Assembly (NCBI GenBank): GCA_951406725.2
Contig: OX597814.1
Span: forward strand, 200,694,001 to 200,758,000
Origin: Octopus vulgaris
Taxonomy: Eukaryota
Length of the DNA stretch: 64,000 bases
Direction: 5' to 3'
A model generated the notes under the pieces. That model ran no database searches. It saw nothing but the letters and a program-made list of their open reading frames with translations, and was not told the origin of the DNA. The first letter of the stretch is position 1. Every line of letters begins with the position of its first letter. A program made the translations under genes and the position numbers. This document shows positions 62,661 through 64,000 of this stretch, one piece after another.

Positions 62661-63834
62661 AAATATGACAATCTTATTTGTTGAAACTCTTTTCTATTAT
62701 AGGCACAAGGCCTGAAATTTGGGATGGGTTGGTGTAGTTGATAGCATCAACTCCAGTTCTCAACTGGAAGGTATTTCATTAACCCTGAAAGGCAAAGTCA
62801 ACCACAGCAGAATTTGAACTCAGGAAGTAAAAACAGATGAAATGCTCCGAGGCATTTTGTCTGGCATACTAACGATTCTGCCAGCAAGCTACCTTATTTG
62901 TTAAAATGAATCACCAAAATTGCTGCTTTACAGATTTTACAGTTTCTATCAAAACCTTTGATGAGAAGTCACTAAGTTAACATCATAGAAGCAATCATCT
63001 TCATTTAATATCCAAGCATCCATGGGTCAGATAGAATTCATTGAGGTACATTTTATATTACCAGATACCCTTCCTGTTGCCAGATACTTCACCTGCTTCC
63101 AGGTGGAGTATTCCCCCTCTCCATTGCCAGATAAGTCTTTTTAAAAGACTAGAAATAGACAACACTGCTTGTAAAATGGTGACACTTGTTTACAAGCATT
63201 TTGTGATGTCAAGACATGGCGGCCAAAAAAGTACATATACATACACAAACATGCACACTTAAACACACACACACGCCCACACACACACGCACACACTCAG
63301 ATACACACACACTCAGGCTTACATGTGTACATATACAACAGTTTTCTTCCAGTTTCTGTCAAGTAAATTCACTCACAAGTCTTTGATTAGCCTGATGTTA
63401 GAAAAGAAGAAAGATGCCTGTCCAAGACTCAGGTGCCAAGCAATAGGATTGAAACAATTTAGTTAGGAAGCAAACTTCTTTATCACATCTAAATACTTGT
63501 TAGAAATCTACAATGTGGCAAAGTAAAATACATGATTACCAATATTTAGATGTCCCCTTACATTTTGAAATAAACAGAAGCATGTCTTGGGATACAGCTG
63601 GAACTTGAGTAAGCATATTACCAAGGTGATTAGATCTGCTATATGATGAGAAAGACTGTCTTGTTTATCCTATCAAAAAAAAAAAAGAAAAAGAAAGCGG
63701 TCATGGTTGGAAGGCTTTGAACATAAGTCTGTAGCACCACCATGAGTTTCTTAATTGTCAGTAGTGTACTGCATAATCTATCTAACCTACCTACGTTTAT
63801 GTACCTTTAAGTTAATGAATTTATCTCTTCATAT

Positions 63835-64000
63835 AGGTGCAAATGTGGCTGTGTGGTAAGATGTCTGCTTCCCAACCACATGGTCCCAAGTTCAGTTCCA
63901 CTACATGGCACCTTGGGCAAGTGTTTACTACTATAGCCTCGAACCAACCAAAGCCTTGTGAGTAGATTTGCTAGATGGAAACTGAAAGAAGTCTATACCA
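63835..64000 (+). mobile_element. SINE family B (runs off the window)
   Basis: GTGGCTGTGTGGTAAG...CCTTGGGCAAG...GCCTTGTGAGTAGATTTG. Confidence 0.85.

Overview
AT-rich, repeat-dense eukaryotic genomic DNA, not prokaryotic: no operons, rRNA, true tRNA or CRISPR. The tRNA-headed SINEs and RTE-tailed repeats look like those of Octopus (coleoid cephalopod); this is recognition, not a database result. I cannot support any intact host protein-coding gene, and most ORFs in the track are spurious or transposon remnants. Recognisable content: a full-length but frameshifted mariner (29650-30940) plus three mariner fragments; piggyBac and Tigger remnants; two Helitrons and a Helentron-type HINE; hAT and foldback MITEs; Gypsy LTRs with a tRNA-Trp-like PBS; RTE, CR1 and R4/Dong LINE pieces; a Penelope-like end with a degenerate hammerhead ribozyme; many SINEs and microsatellites. 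The most interesting structure not explained by transposons is a minus-strand array of three diverged paralogous promoter/5'-exon modules at 36.5-42.1 kb. Two keep a perfect TGTGACGTCACA CRE palindrome and all keep splice donors. They lie upstream of a CpG-poor 33 kb region with decayed coding-like blocks. I found no convincing wholly new system; the findings are leads. Repeat boundaries were read by eye and are approximate unless a TSD or terminus is quoted.
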